A stretch of 64,000 nt of DNA, taken from Azolla caroliniana. Taxonomy: Eukaryota; Plantae; Polypodiophyta. The DNA is taken from positions 15,934,001 to 15,998,000 of the forward strand of contig JBHGNT010000007.1 in the NCBI GenBank assembly GCA_043228905.1. The letters run 5' to 3'. The translations under genes were made by a program, and so were the position numbers. Positions 1 through 12,038 of the stretch are shown in pieces. Positions within the stretch are counted from its first letter, which is position 1, and each line of letters begins with the position of its first letter. A model generated the notes under the pieces. It ran no database searches. It had not been told where the DNA came from and saw nothing but the letters and a program-made list of their open reading frames with translations.

Positions 1-955
1 GAGGACGAGAGCTGCATGGGCAAGCCCAAAACGGTCCCTCGTCACAAGACGGCCAAACGTACAAGGAAGACACGAACAAAGAAAGAAGGAAAGAAAGAAA
101 CACGAATGATATCGGCCAAAGAAATAAATACATGTTTGATTCCAACACAAGATGACCCTTTATAAAATAGGGTTTGATTACAATGGCAACTTATAGTTAA
201 CCACAAGCTCAATCAAAACATAAATACTAAATGCCCTTAGAGACAAGAGGAAATCCGAACACGGCGAAGATGAACACACGAGCACCACCAAAATGCCAAT
301 CCCAACGAACCACGACCACCCGAACGGCGAGCACACGGGCTCGCAACGACGAACGGGGCGGAGTAATGTCGAACCAACGAAGCTTGGGCTCATGAACACT
401 TTGAGTGCCGATGCAAAGAAGACGAGCACATGGCGGCGGGGGGATGAAGGGGTATGAGATGAAGAGAAGTTGTGAATAAGGAGATGAAGAGCTCCGAAGG
501 AAAAATGGCGATAGTCTCCTCCTCCCAAAATGTCCTCCCCGAATGAGCCCCCCTCGACCTCCTTTTTTAGGAAAAAAGGAAGGGGAGGTCGCCAATTTTG
601 TCTTTAATGAAAAAAAGGAATAAAATTCCTTAAATCACACTACATTGTAAGACTAGATTTGAACCTTGCACCTCTAATTAGAAATCAATGTGACTATCCA
701 CTAGCTCATTAACTCTCTTGTATATAATGTATGATTCTACCTCTATAAATTCATAGCATGTCTCCCCTCTACCTTTTATCTCTCCTCTCTCTTACTTTTT
801 GCACGAGCTTCTATAACTCCTTTCCACCCTTTCTTTTCCCTTTTATTTTGCATATGCACAATTAATCGTCTTTGTGTGTACACACATTGCACATACACAT
901 TTTGACCCCCCCTTTCGCCGGTTTTTCCCACTCTCGAGCACGCCACATCACGACA
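1..955 (-). repeat. 3' LTR of Gypsy element G1 (truncated by window start)
   Basis: Near-identical to about 37064-38018. Ends in CACGACA at 955 and is followed by TCCACCCCCGCC, a minus-strand polypurine tract. Confidence 0.9.
648..717 (-). other. Degenerate tRNA-like (Arg-UCU-like) module within the G1 LTR
   Basis: Minus strand reads TGAGCTAGTGGATAG...TTGATTTCTAATTAGAGGTGCAAGGTTCAAATC: A-box-like motif, anticodon-arm-like TTCTAAT and B-box GGTTCAAATC. A second copy lies at about 37710-37780. Confidence 0.5.
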
Positions 956-1111
956 TCCACCCCCGCCAAACGGCACATCCTCTGGTATGTGCCAAGAATG
1001 GCGGGCTAAGGGTGGTCAATAGTTCATTTCCTCCTCCTCATTAACCCCATGGCTTGTTGTTTGCTCACCTTTATCTTCGTCAAGGTCATCGAGGTTTGGC
1101 TCCTAGTCGTG

Positions 1112-4100
1112 TCACTTTTTGAAGATTTTGACCTGCTTCCTGGCTATTGGTACAGCCACCTTAGTCCCATCGAGTTCAGCAAGATGGTAGGTAGCATTAT
1201 CGTTTGCAGTCGTTACCATGTACGGCCCGAACCATCGCTTTGCGAATTTACGCATCGAGCTATGTTGATTGTCGAGACTACTATCATATACAATCACCCA
1301 GTCTCCTTCTGCGACCTTCCGAGGGCATAGTCGGTGTGTCTTGTCGAACCGGGCTTTGTTACTTAACCTAGCCACTGCTAACCTCTCCTTTGCCAACTCC
1401 AAGTCTTTGGGTCTTCCCTCAAGTTGCCTTATCCTTGTTGCGAGAAGCTCTTCTCAACTCATCTCATCTTCCCACGTCATCGCTACCCATGACGCGACCA
1501 TGTCTTCAATGGGCATCACCGGCTGTTGTCCGTACATGAGTTCAGCTGGCATGAAACCTGTAATTGAGCTATGAGTTGTTCTGTGCGCCCACAAGGAATA
1601 AGGTAGTAACTAAGTCCAATTCCCGACTCGCCCATCGTAAGCTCTTACAATGGTTTTTACGATGGGCCCGTGTTCGCGTTCTATCTTTCCATTAGCCTCC
1701 GGGTTATAAGCAGTCGTGAGAGAGAGCTTCACTCCAATTCGTTCAAAGAGCTCTGTAGCTTTGTGAGCATTCAACTCTCATCTGTCGGCCACTATCTTTG
1801 CCACACATCCGTACCGGCAGATGACATCCTCGAGTAAGAATTTACACACCCCCGTCGTCGTTTTGTTTGCCAAGGCTCATCCTTCTACTTGGTTTGTTAG
1901 GTCTTTCTTCTCTTGCTAGCACCAAATATTTCATTTGGCCCACTCCCATCGTCATCGAAACCAAATCCACCATCCATTTGAAGTGTTTGGTGAGTGGGTA
2001 GGTCGGGTGCAACTCGTCCCTATGGCGTATGTTGGAGTGTATCTGGCAGCTTTCACACATCCCCACGAAATGGGTGACATCCTTGTACATTCCCGGCCAC
2101 CAATACTTCTCCTTTAACTTCTCGAATGTTGCCCACGTTCCTCTATGGCCTGCCCAAGAACTCTCGTGGAACTCAGACACCAATGTTGTCTGGTCTTCTT
2201 CCTTTATGACCACTCGTTGTGGCGTCCCCGTCCTTCTCTTCGGGTGCCTCCAGAAGAATCCCCCTCATAGGAAGTACTTGTACGCTTTCTTTCGGACTCT
2301 CTGTGCTTCCTCCTTCGACCATGAACTATCCACCGTCATTGTGCTTAAGAACTTGCCAATGTGTAGCCACTCCCCTTCGTATTCACTTTCGTTGAAGGCG
2401 TGGAGTACTCGCACATCTCGATCATCTATAGACGCTTGGGCCGTCTTAAAGAAGTCAAGAGCGACATCCTCATCTTCAGACACCATGCCGCTTTCACCCT
2501 CGAATCTTGCCCTCGATAGCATATCTACCATGGCATTGTTCTTCCCTGAAATGTGGTGAATATCCAGGCTCATTGATTTGATGTAAGCAATCCACCTTGG
2601 CATAGCTAGGTCAGGTGTTGCACATCCTAAAACCATCCCTAGGATTGGAAGGCAATCCGTCTCTATTACCACCTCGGACCTGATTAGGTAATCTTTATCC
2701 GCCTTTACTACAGACACAATACCCCAAAGCTCACGTTTTACTTGGGCCTATCCTCGTTGCCGCTCGCTTAAGACCTTGGCTCCGAACCGGATGGCGTAGT
2801 GTGTACCATCCTCTCCTTCTTGGTTTATGACCCATCCGATTCCGTCACGTAGATGGGCACCCCTTCCTTGTATACGGCTTTTCGTAAAGTTGGTGCCGCT
2901 ACCAACATTCCTTTGAGCCTCTTCATTGCCTCTGTGTGCTCTTCCTCCCACTTGAACTTCCGCCCCTTCTTGAGTAGCCCATACAAGGGCTCGGCTAAGG
3001 TGAGCATAGTGCGGGATCCAGATGTGGTAGAATGCACAAGCACCAAGAAATCACCTCACCTCTGTTTGTGATTTACATTCTTCCCTCATTTCTGTGATGG
3101 CATCCACCTTTGCTGGGGACGGCTTCCGTCTGTACGCCCCGCACAAGTGTCCCACCACAAGGATCTCCGATTGGCCGAATGCCGATTTCTCACCTGAGAA
3201 GGTCAAGCGTGCATCTTCGAGTCTTTGTAGAACCTTCTCGCAATCAAAGATGTGATATGCCACAAAACATCTGCACCCATCCTCGTCCAAGGTTTCATCT
3301 TTCTCCGCTTCAGAGCACCCTTTTATGGGGATGTCACCGAGGAATGGCATGGTGATGTCAGGGATGCAATCTCTCAATACCTTGTTCATTGCATTTACCA
3401 TGTGGGCTATAGAGTTAATGCCTCCTTGTGGCAAGGTACACATTCGCACTAGGCCGATAGGGGTCCGCATCGTCGTGATGTCCCTACTCTCCCTAGCTAG
3501 TTGGAATTGATAATACCCCGAGTATAGATCACCGATCGAATAAATAGACCTTCCAACGAAGGCCTCAGTGAATTCAACAACACTCAGTCCAACCCCTGCA
3601 TTTCGAATTGTCACTTCATTAACAAGTTGTAGGTCCTGGATGAAACGTAAGGTGCCATTCTTCTTTGGCACAGTGAACCACCGATTCGAGTATGGGGCGC
3701 TTGATGGCTCGAGGATACCCATCTCGATCTTTTCCTTGAGTAGCTCAATCAACTTCGGGATGTGAGCTCTCGGAACCGAGATTGGCTATATGTTCCACGG
3801 TACATGCGGCACCGTAAAGATCACCATTGGCTACACGATCTTAGGGTTTACACACCCTATCTCACCCGACGAGAAGGCAAAAGCCCTTCCGTGGCTTTCG
3901 ATCATCCTTCTAAATCTTTCCTCCTCCCTAGGCAATAGGAAGCCACCCCCACCAATCCGGAGCTTCTGTCGTGTCTCGTCGGTGAACCAGTGCCCTATGC
4001 CTTGTGGGTCCCGCAAGCTAGGATCAACCGCTACCCCCTTTATCCAATCCCAACTATCGTTAGGCAATGGGGCAGCCACAAGCTTCACCTTCTTGTCCAC

Positions 4101-6651
4101 GTTCTTGTACTTTGTTTGCACCTTGACCGTCCCCTCGCTTCCTCAATCAACCGCCCAACCTCTTCGATGGCGGTGTACATGTGAACTGAGTTGACTGGAA
4201 TTACCTTGACTTCATTGAGGCCTGAAACGACTACCCTCTCCATCTCTCAGAGAGTGTCGTCGAACGACACCGTCTCCATGGCGCTGCTTATGGTGTCATC
4301 TTCCCCCAATAAATTACATTGTTTGAGATACCTTTCGTATCTCTTGGCCCTAGACTTATCTCTATCACTTAAACTAGTAATTTTACAAGCTCCATTTTCG
4401 GAGAACCAAAATTGTTTCCTATTACATTTAATAGTTTTACAAGGGTTTAGGGTCTTAGTTTGCCTCGGGCTATTGTGGCCCCACTCTTTAATAGCCCGAA
4501 TCAAAAATCCTCTCGGCTCTCCCCTTTGAGGGAGGCTCGATTACACTCATGGTTGGGTCTCACCGTAAGGAATAGGACCAAATACTTCCCATCTTGGCTC
4601 TTGACCCTGGCATATGCCGACCCGTTGTCTAACACCTTCGTCTCCATGCGAGCCGCCGTGATGTATGGTTCACCCAAGATGACCGGGTGCGAGGACGTCT
4701 CTTGAACAAAGAAATGCTGATCTATTTCTACGTCCCTCACCTTCACACGTACATTCGGGCAAGCCCCGTATAGCTCCTTGGTTGCTCGGGTCGCCACTCT
4801 AATCTTCCACCCGTGCTTCGTGTTGATCGGCCACTTTCCCTTTTTATAAAAGTCCATGGACATAAGGTTGATCTCAGAGCCATGGTCGATCATTGCTACA
4901 ACCGGCTCTTTTACATCTCCAACCCGTACCGGTGTCTCCGTTGTCGATCTCGCCCAATGCGGCCTCGTGTAGTGACTATCCGCATAGTCTTCATCTTCCT
5001 CGGGAACCTCAGTTGACAATGCATTTACAATCGTGGGCTTTGCCACTTCTTGCTCTGTTAAGAGCCGCTTCCTCTTCATTAGGTCGATGGTGAGCTCATG
5101 GAATTCTTTCTTGGCAATTCGGAGGACCTCTCACAAAGTAAACTCTACACGACTATTGAGGATCCTTTCCTCCACTACCTTCTTCAAGTCCGTTGATTGT
5201 TCGATCTCCGAGCAAAGCTTGAAGTTGGGGGGGTTCCCCTTCTCTTTCCATCTTTCGTCGCATGCTCTTCCCTTCTTCGTGCAGCTTGAGCATCGTATTT
5301 CCTTGATGGACCGGCTCCCTCGTCATTTCCTACCTTCTTCTCTTCTACCATTACTTCGTAGTTTTGGCAAGTGGCTTCCACTAAGCCTGTCTTTTCATCC
5401 ACCGGATCCTTCCACCTAGTTGCTTCTTGGACCTTTCTTTCCGCTTCGTCCGTGTCTTCTCTTTTGAACTTCCCCTTAGAGAGGCTTCCAAGGATTGACG
5501 CCCAAAAGTCAAACTCTTTCTCCTCTTGCCCCCTCACCTCTTTCCCCACTCGGATCCCAATCGACGCCGAGTAGTGGACGGCTTCAACATGTCGTGCTTC
5601 AGCCCCTTCCATTAGCCTTCTCATGCCCCCTCGGCCTTGATTCAATCCCAAGGGGCACCTTGTCTCCGTCGAATAGACCCTATTGTTCCAAAGATAGACA
5701 ATATCCTTTCTTAGGGCCTCTTGAAAGTCTCCACACTCCCTTCATAGGTGGTCGGGGTTGTCGCACCACATACATCTTTGCGCGAACGGGGGACGTCGAT
5801 CTTGAGGGCCACCACTCTCTCTCCTAGCTTGCGCTATTTGGAGATCTCGCACCATCTTTGTGAGCTCGTCTATTGCCGACCCTCCCGACGGTGCTTCAAC
5901 CATGTTTCTCTTGGGGAAGAACCTTGCATTTGCTTTCTCTCTTTCTTGAGGTATTCTACCACCCTTGGGTTCGTGTGTCTCACTAATGGAGCTTGTGGAT
6001 GTTTGGACGCTCGACGAAGACCCGCGGTTCCATTCCCTTCGCTTATCGAAGCGGCTACAAACCCGTTTTACCATAGCCCAATCTGTCGTGAGCCCATCAT
6101 CAGTTTCGAGGAGGGACCCCACTTCTCGGTCTCGTGCATCAACAATCTTTATGAATAGTAGGACCTTGCTTGTGTCAAGCACCATCCTATCGAGAGCCAA
6201 GAGTCGCACGAAGCGCTTCTCCAATTCTTGTAAAAGTACCATAGTATTTCTCCCTTACCGGGAAGCTCAACCCACTCCATTAGATCCCTTTTTGAAATTC
6301 TAAGTGAGTCATCGAGGTCGTACTTCTCGAGGAGTCTTTCTTCGAACTCCACCCAATTGCAACAGTCCGCTTGGAACTCGAGTACCTCTGCATGGACACT
6401 TGGCATTACCACTCTAGCGAATCCGGTTAGACGCCTATCTTCGTGGACGTTTCACATAAGCATTTCGGCCTTATACGCACCCACGTGATATCTCTTCCAT
6501 TGAACCGACCCGTTGTGCTGACCACCGTCTCTATGTCCCGGTCTAGGCCAGTGATACCTTCTCGGGCATTTACCAAGCGGTCCACCACTGCCGCCATCAC
6601 TTCAGCGAGTTCTCCTCCTCGCATCTTGGTTCTCCCTTGCCACCCTTTCAT
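1112..6651 (-). pseudogene. G1 gag-pro-pol, disrupted by frameshifts and stops
   Basis: ORF fragments give a gag Cys/His motif (CMWCDNPDH), protease (IDHGSEIN), RT (LRFIQDLQ, DLYSGY, TLPQG, PFLGD), RNase H and integrase (FHESSWAGH...CESC, WFGPY). No chromodomain. Confidence 0.92.
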
Positions 6652-6664
6652 GTCGGGTTCACCA
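6648..6664 (-). promoter_or_regulatory. Primer-binding site of G1, tRNA-Trp type
   Basis: Minus strand TGGTGAACCCGACATGA, 5 nt from the LTR end. Matches the complement of the plant tRNA-Trp 3' end as recalled (TCACGTCGGGTTCACCA). The same PBS occurs at 16062-16078 (perfect) and 20679-20695. Confidence 0.8.
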
Positions 6665-9600
6665 ATTTATGTCGCGAAGTTTCACGCGCGTGTGTTACTT
6701 GGGCGGGACCACGGGGGTCTTGGACTCGAGAGTACTCAAGGGATAGAGAAGACCCGAGGTTTTCTTTACAACAATACTACTTCCCGACGCCTTCCCGAGC
6801 AAGGTCTCGTTGCCCTTTGTTTTGTGAGGCTGGTGGCTCTCGTTGATCACGACTCGTCGACCTTTCGGGATCATCACACGAGCAAAGTGTGTTGTCCGCC
6901 GAAATAGTAACCGACGGACAAGAGCGCAATAATATGGAGTATAATACTATTATAACGCATGTAACGGTTCACGCGGGAAGCGTGAACGGCTAAAAGACCC
7001 TGCGTATATAAAGGGCAGAAAACCTCTTATAGAGGTAGCGTGTAATTTGGAATGTAAAAGGCGTATCTTAATAGAGTTCTATCTTCTCTGATATCTGTGC
7101 GTATTTGTGGTTAATCTAATGTGTGTCTGTAATCCTTAAGAGCGTAGGTGTGAGAAAGGTGTGTGCTAGCCCACTGTCTAAGGAGCTCGGTTGTAGCCGT
7201 CTCCCTTATACGGTGCTAGGTACGGGAGGTATCCCACTAAGTATTACGCACAGACGCTACCATTCATTGTCACACAGTCACTTTGAGGTCTAGGTCGAAG
7301 GACTGACCATAGACCGTTGTCGCGTTGTTACGCGCGTGCGTGGAGAACGAGGCGGGACCACGGGGGCCTCGGACCGAGGAATAACCGAATGAGGAGAGGG
7401 GAAGGAACTACCGATGTAATTCACATGCGCACAGACACGCACAGACATACAGAACGCGAGGTGGAGACAGAACGAACGTTTATGTATATATAAATCAAGG
7501 TGTTACAACCGGCAAGCCGGCAAGTGGTAGGCTCTGACGCCTGCACACACACACACGCACAGACAGAACGCGATATGGAGACTCTGCCGGAAGCACTCGG
7601 GCGTTCTGCGGAGTAGAGTCAGCCTCCCGAAACCTACAGAGAACGACTATGGAGAAGACAAAAGAGCTCGGTTCCGGTCCGACGGCACTTCGTCCTCCCA
7701 AAAACACGATATATCTCTTTTTTTACATTACCTCTCCCTCTCTTTTATAGTCCAAGGAGGGAGGTCGTTATCACCCGTTACATCATGTTTATTCCCTATC
7801 CTTTCGGACAAGGATACGCCTTGATCTTCTCCCTAACGAATGCGCGCTACCTAGGATTCCCCCTCCGCCGATTTGTACCTACCTACGCAATATACAACAA
7901 AACTTGTGCCCACGTGTAAGGGCCGGTTTATGCACGTTATACCTGATTTCCGCTTAGGGACGGTTTTCTCCACGACATCCGCCCCCACCTAACCATGCAT
8001 CCACCTATATGCGCCAAAATTAGATGCTTTCCGGAGAAGACCGGCCCACGCTTATCCTTCGTCTCCCGAATCGTCATCCGTTCCAAGCCGGTCGTTGTCG
8101 CTATCCAGGTCGTCTGGATCTGGTTCGGCCTCATGCCGCTTTTTGAATGCTTTGGTCCTTTTTCCCACCACCGGTACCGCCATCTTTGTCCCGTCGAGCT
8201 CCGCGAGATGATAGGTCCCATTGTCGTTGGCGTTTGTCACCACATAAGGCCCGAACCACCTTCTTGCAAACTTCCGCATTGCCTGGTGCTGGTTGTCGAG
8301 GTTGCTGTCATACACTAGAACCCAGTCGCCTTCCTCAATCTTCTTCAATCTCAGTCGGTGAGTCTGGTCGAACCGTCCTTTGTTCTTTGCCCTTGCTACC
8401 CGTAGCTTCTCCGCGGCCCGGTCCACGTCCTCCAGTCTCCGCTCGAACTGCCGAATCTGTGCCGCTAACAGCTCCTCCGGGATCATCTCGTTTTTCCAGT
8501 CCACTGTGGCCCATGAGGAGATTGTCTGCTCCGTTGGCATGATCGGCTTCTGCCCGTACATTAGCTTTGCTGGCATGAACCCAGTTACTGGACTGTGCAT
8601 AGTTCGGTTCACCCACAATGCATAGGGTAAGAGCCACCGCCAGTTCCCGACTTGGCCTCCACACGCCCGTTGTCGCGTCGTTACGCGCGTGCGTGGAGAA
8701 CAAGGCGGGACCACTGGGGTCTTGAACCGAGGAATAGGTGAGAAAAGGCAGAGCGAGAGAGAGACGCTCACACACGTATAGACAAAGAAGCGCACGGGGA
8801 CGTGGCCTAACAACACAGGAGACACGAGTTGAGCAAGAGATAGAGTATAAGAACACTAGTGTATGTATTTGTATGTATGCAGATGACTCGAACGGTTACA
8901 GCCGATCAGGTCGGCGAGATGGACGCCGACGCCTGATCACCCACGCACACAGGGGGGAGCAAGATGGAGATTCTGCCGGAAGCACACGGGCGTTCCACGG
9001 AGCAGAATCAGCCTCTCGAGAACCTACGCAAAAGAAAGCTATGGAGAACGACCGAGAACAAGAGCTCGGTCCCAGTCCCCCTCTCTTTTATAGCTCAAGG
9101 AGGGAGGCCGTTTCACCCGTTTACATCACATTAATTCTCTGTCCTTTCGGACAGAGATACTCCTCGATTCTCCCTATAGAATATTGCTACCTAGGATTCG
9201 ACTTTTGTGCCTACCTATCTACTATGCAACAAGGGGCGTGCCCACGTGTAAGGGTTGGTTCACACACGCTATGCACGGTTTGCGCCTGGGGGCGGTTTTC
9301 TTCACGACACCCGCCCCCACCTAACCGTGCATCCACCGGTATGCGCCAAAAATTGGGTTCCTACTGGAGAAAACCGGTCCTTGCTTTTATTCCTCGTTTA
9401 CCGGTTCGTCCTCCGCCTCGGGCTGCTCGTTGTTGCTGTCCATGCCCCCTAGCTCCGGCTCACCGTCGTGTCGTTTCTTGAATGCTTTGATCCTCTTCCC
9501 CGCTACCGGTATCGCCATTCTCGTACCGTCGAGCTCCGCGAGATGGTACGTCCCATTGTCGTTGGTGCCTGCTACTACGTAAAGCCCGAACCACCTCCTC

Positions 9601-11586
9601 GCAAACTTCCGCGTGGCCCTGTGCTGATTGTCGAGGCTGCTGTCCTAGACTAGGACCCAGTCGCCTTCCTCAATCTTCCTTGGCCGGAGCCGGTGTGTTC
9701 GGTCGAACCGGGCTTTGTTCCTTATCCTCGCTACCCAAAGTTTCTCCGCGGCTCGCTCTACGTCCTCCGGCCTCCGCTCGAGCTGTCGAATCCGCGCCGC
9801 CAACAGTTCCTCCCGGCTCATCTCATCCCTCCAGTCCATCGTGGCCCACGAGGAGATCGTTCGCATTGTTGGCATGATCGGCTTCTATCTGAACATAAGC
9901 TCTGTCGGCATGAACCCCGTTACCGAACTGTGCGTAGTCCAGTCCGCCCAAAAGGCATATGGTAGCAGTCGTGGCCAGTTCCCGACTTGGCCTCCGCACG
10001 CCCGTACTAGCGCTTTGACAATCGGCCCGTGTTTGCGCTCTACCTTCCCGTTCGCCTCCGGATTGTACGATGTGGTGAGCGAAAGTTTAACTCCTAGCCG
10101 GTCGAACAGCTCTTCGTCCTCTTCTGCGTCCAACTCACCACGGTCAGCCACGATCTTCCCTACGCACCCGTATCGGCATCCCACGTCCTCAATCAAAAAC
10201 CGGCACACGGCTGTAGTCATCTTGTTCTGCAGGGCTCGGCCTTCAACCTGGTTCGTTAGATCCTCCCGAGCCAGCACCAGATACCGCATCTGTACTACCC
10301 CCATTGGCATCGTCACCAAATCCACCATCCACTTGAAGTGGACGGTCGGGGGGTAGGTCGGGTGAAGCTCGTCCCGGTGTCAGATCATGGAGTGCACCTG
10401 ACAGCTTACGCAAGTCGTCATGAACCGATGCACGTCCCGGTATAGTCCCGGCCCCCAGTACTTCCCCCTTCGCTTTTCGAACGTGGCCCACGTTCCACGG
10501 TGTCCAGCCCAAGGACTATCGTGGTACGCCACCAACAAATCCTCATGTTCCTCCTTCTTCGCCACCACTCGGAGCGAGATGTCATTCCTCTTCTTCGGGT
10601 GCTTCCATATGTACCCGTCCCGGAGAAAGAATCGGTACGCTTTCTTCCAAATCCGGTTGGCCTCATCCTTTGTCCATGCTGCGTCCGGTGTCATTGTTTT
10701 CAGGAACCCGCCGATCTGCAGCCACTCCCCGTTGTACTTGCTCTCGTCGAAATCGTTAAGCGTTGGAGTGCATTCCCTGCCAGTTGTTACGTAAGCCGCC
10801 TCGAAGAAGTCCACGCCGACTTCCTCGTCCTCCGAAACCATGCCGCCCTCGTTTTCGAACCTCGCCCTTGAAAGCATGTCGGCCATGGCATTGTCTTTCC
10901 CGGAAATGTATCGTACTTCCGGATTCAGGGACTTGATGTACGCTATCCACCTGAGCAGTGCCAGGTCCGGCGTCGCGCATCCGGAAACCATGCCAAGAAT
11001 TGGCAGGCAGTCCGTCTCGATAATTACCTCTGTCCTGATCAGGTAGTCGTTATCGGCCTTTACCGCCGAAACGATACCCCAGACCTCCGCTTAACCTGGG
11101 CGTATCCTCGCTGTCGCTCACTGAGGACCTTCGCGCCGAATCGGATCGGGAAACGCATGCCGCCCTCATCCTCTTGGTTGACGACCCATTCGATCCCGGT
11201 CGGACTCGTGTCTACCGTTACGTAAATTGGAGTCTCCTTTCTGTAGACAGCCTTTCGGAGCGCCGGAGCTGCGGCAAGTGCTTCCTTCATCTTTCGGACA
11301 GACTCCGTATGCTCGTTTCTCCACTCGAATTTTCACCCCTTTTTCAGCAACCCGTACAACGGCTCCGCGACGTGGGCATATTGCGGGATCCATATGTGGT
11401 AGAACGTTGTCGAGGTAGTTGTGGTTTGTGCGGCGAAGTCGCGGGGACTAAGGTTAAGGGGAGTTGAAGAAACTTAACTTTTAATAAGGCTTGTATGGTG
11501 ATGATAGAATGGTTAAGGATAGTAAGAAGAAGAGTTACGAGTAATGTGTGTGTGTGAGAGAGAGAGAGAGAAAGAGACGAGCATAG

Positions 11587-11710
11587 ATAAAAGATAGAGA
11601 CAATGTATGATTCAAGAAAGAAGATTGAGACAAAGTATGATTCTAGAAAGAAGATTGAGACAAAGTATGATTCTAGAAAGAAGATTGAGACAAAGTATGA
11701 TTCAAGGAAC
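11587..11710. repeat. Tandem repeat of about 30 bp, about 4 copies
   Basis: Unit AAAGAAGATTGAGACAAAGTATGATTCTAG, inside the solo LTR. Confidence 0.9.
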
Positions 11711-11848
11711 AAGAGTATATGATATAAACATTCAATGTATATTAAAAGTATAATTTTTTACCAACTTTACAATCCTTGATCGCAAACTGAACACATTCTC
11801 TATCGACCCTTGATTTGAACCCACGACCTCAACTTCGAAACGAGAGGT

Positions 11849-12038
11849 TCGATTCTGATGGGGGGATAGAATGTCCATCCCAATAACAAAGAAACCTGAC
11901 CTAAATGATCCTGTTTTGAGAGCGAAATTAGCTAAGGGTACGGGACACAACTATTACGGAGAACCCGCTTGGCCCAACGATCTTTTACATATATTTCCTG
12001 TCGTAATCTTAGGAACAATTGCTTGTACCGTGGGTTTG
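11849..12038 (+). pseudogene. petD: Nuclear plastid DNA (NUPT): 3' end of the petD group II intron plus the start of petD exon 2 (cytochrome b6/f subunit IV)
   Basis: [51 protein letters not shown] from 11885, preceded by a domain-VI-like hairpin ending CCATCCCAAT. Truncated after about 51 codons. Confidence 0.93.

Noticed and set aside
648-717. Functional tRNA gene
   Set aside because: The acceptor and T stems do not pair well, so it is reported only as a tRNA-derived relic.
178-976. ORFs in the G1 LTR, repeated at 37241-38039
   Set aside because: Their conservation is explained by LTR duplication. They show no recognisable domain and overlap in several frames.
8738-9481. 247-aa plus-strand ORF (and 16453-17076)
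   Set aside because: It runs antisense through the G4 LTR and across the LTR boundary, so it is most likely a chance open frame in GC-rich DNA.
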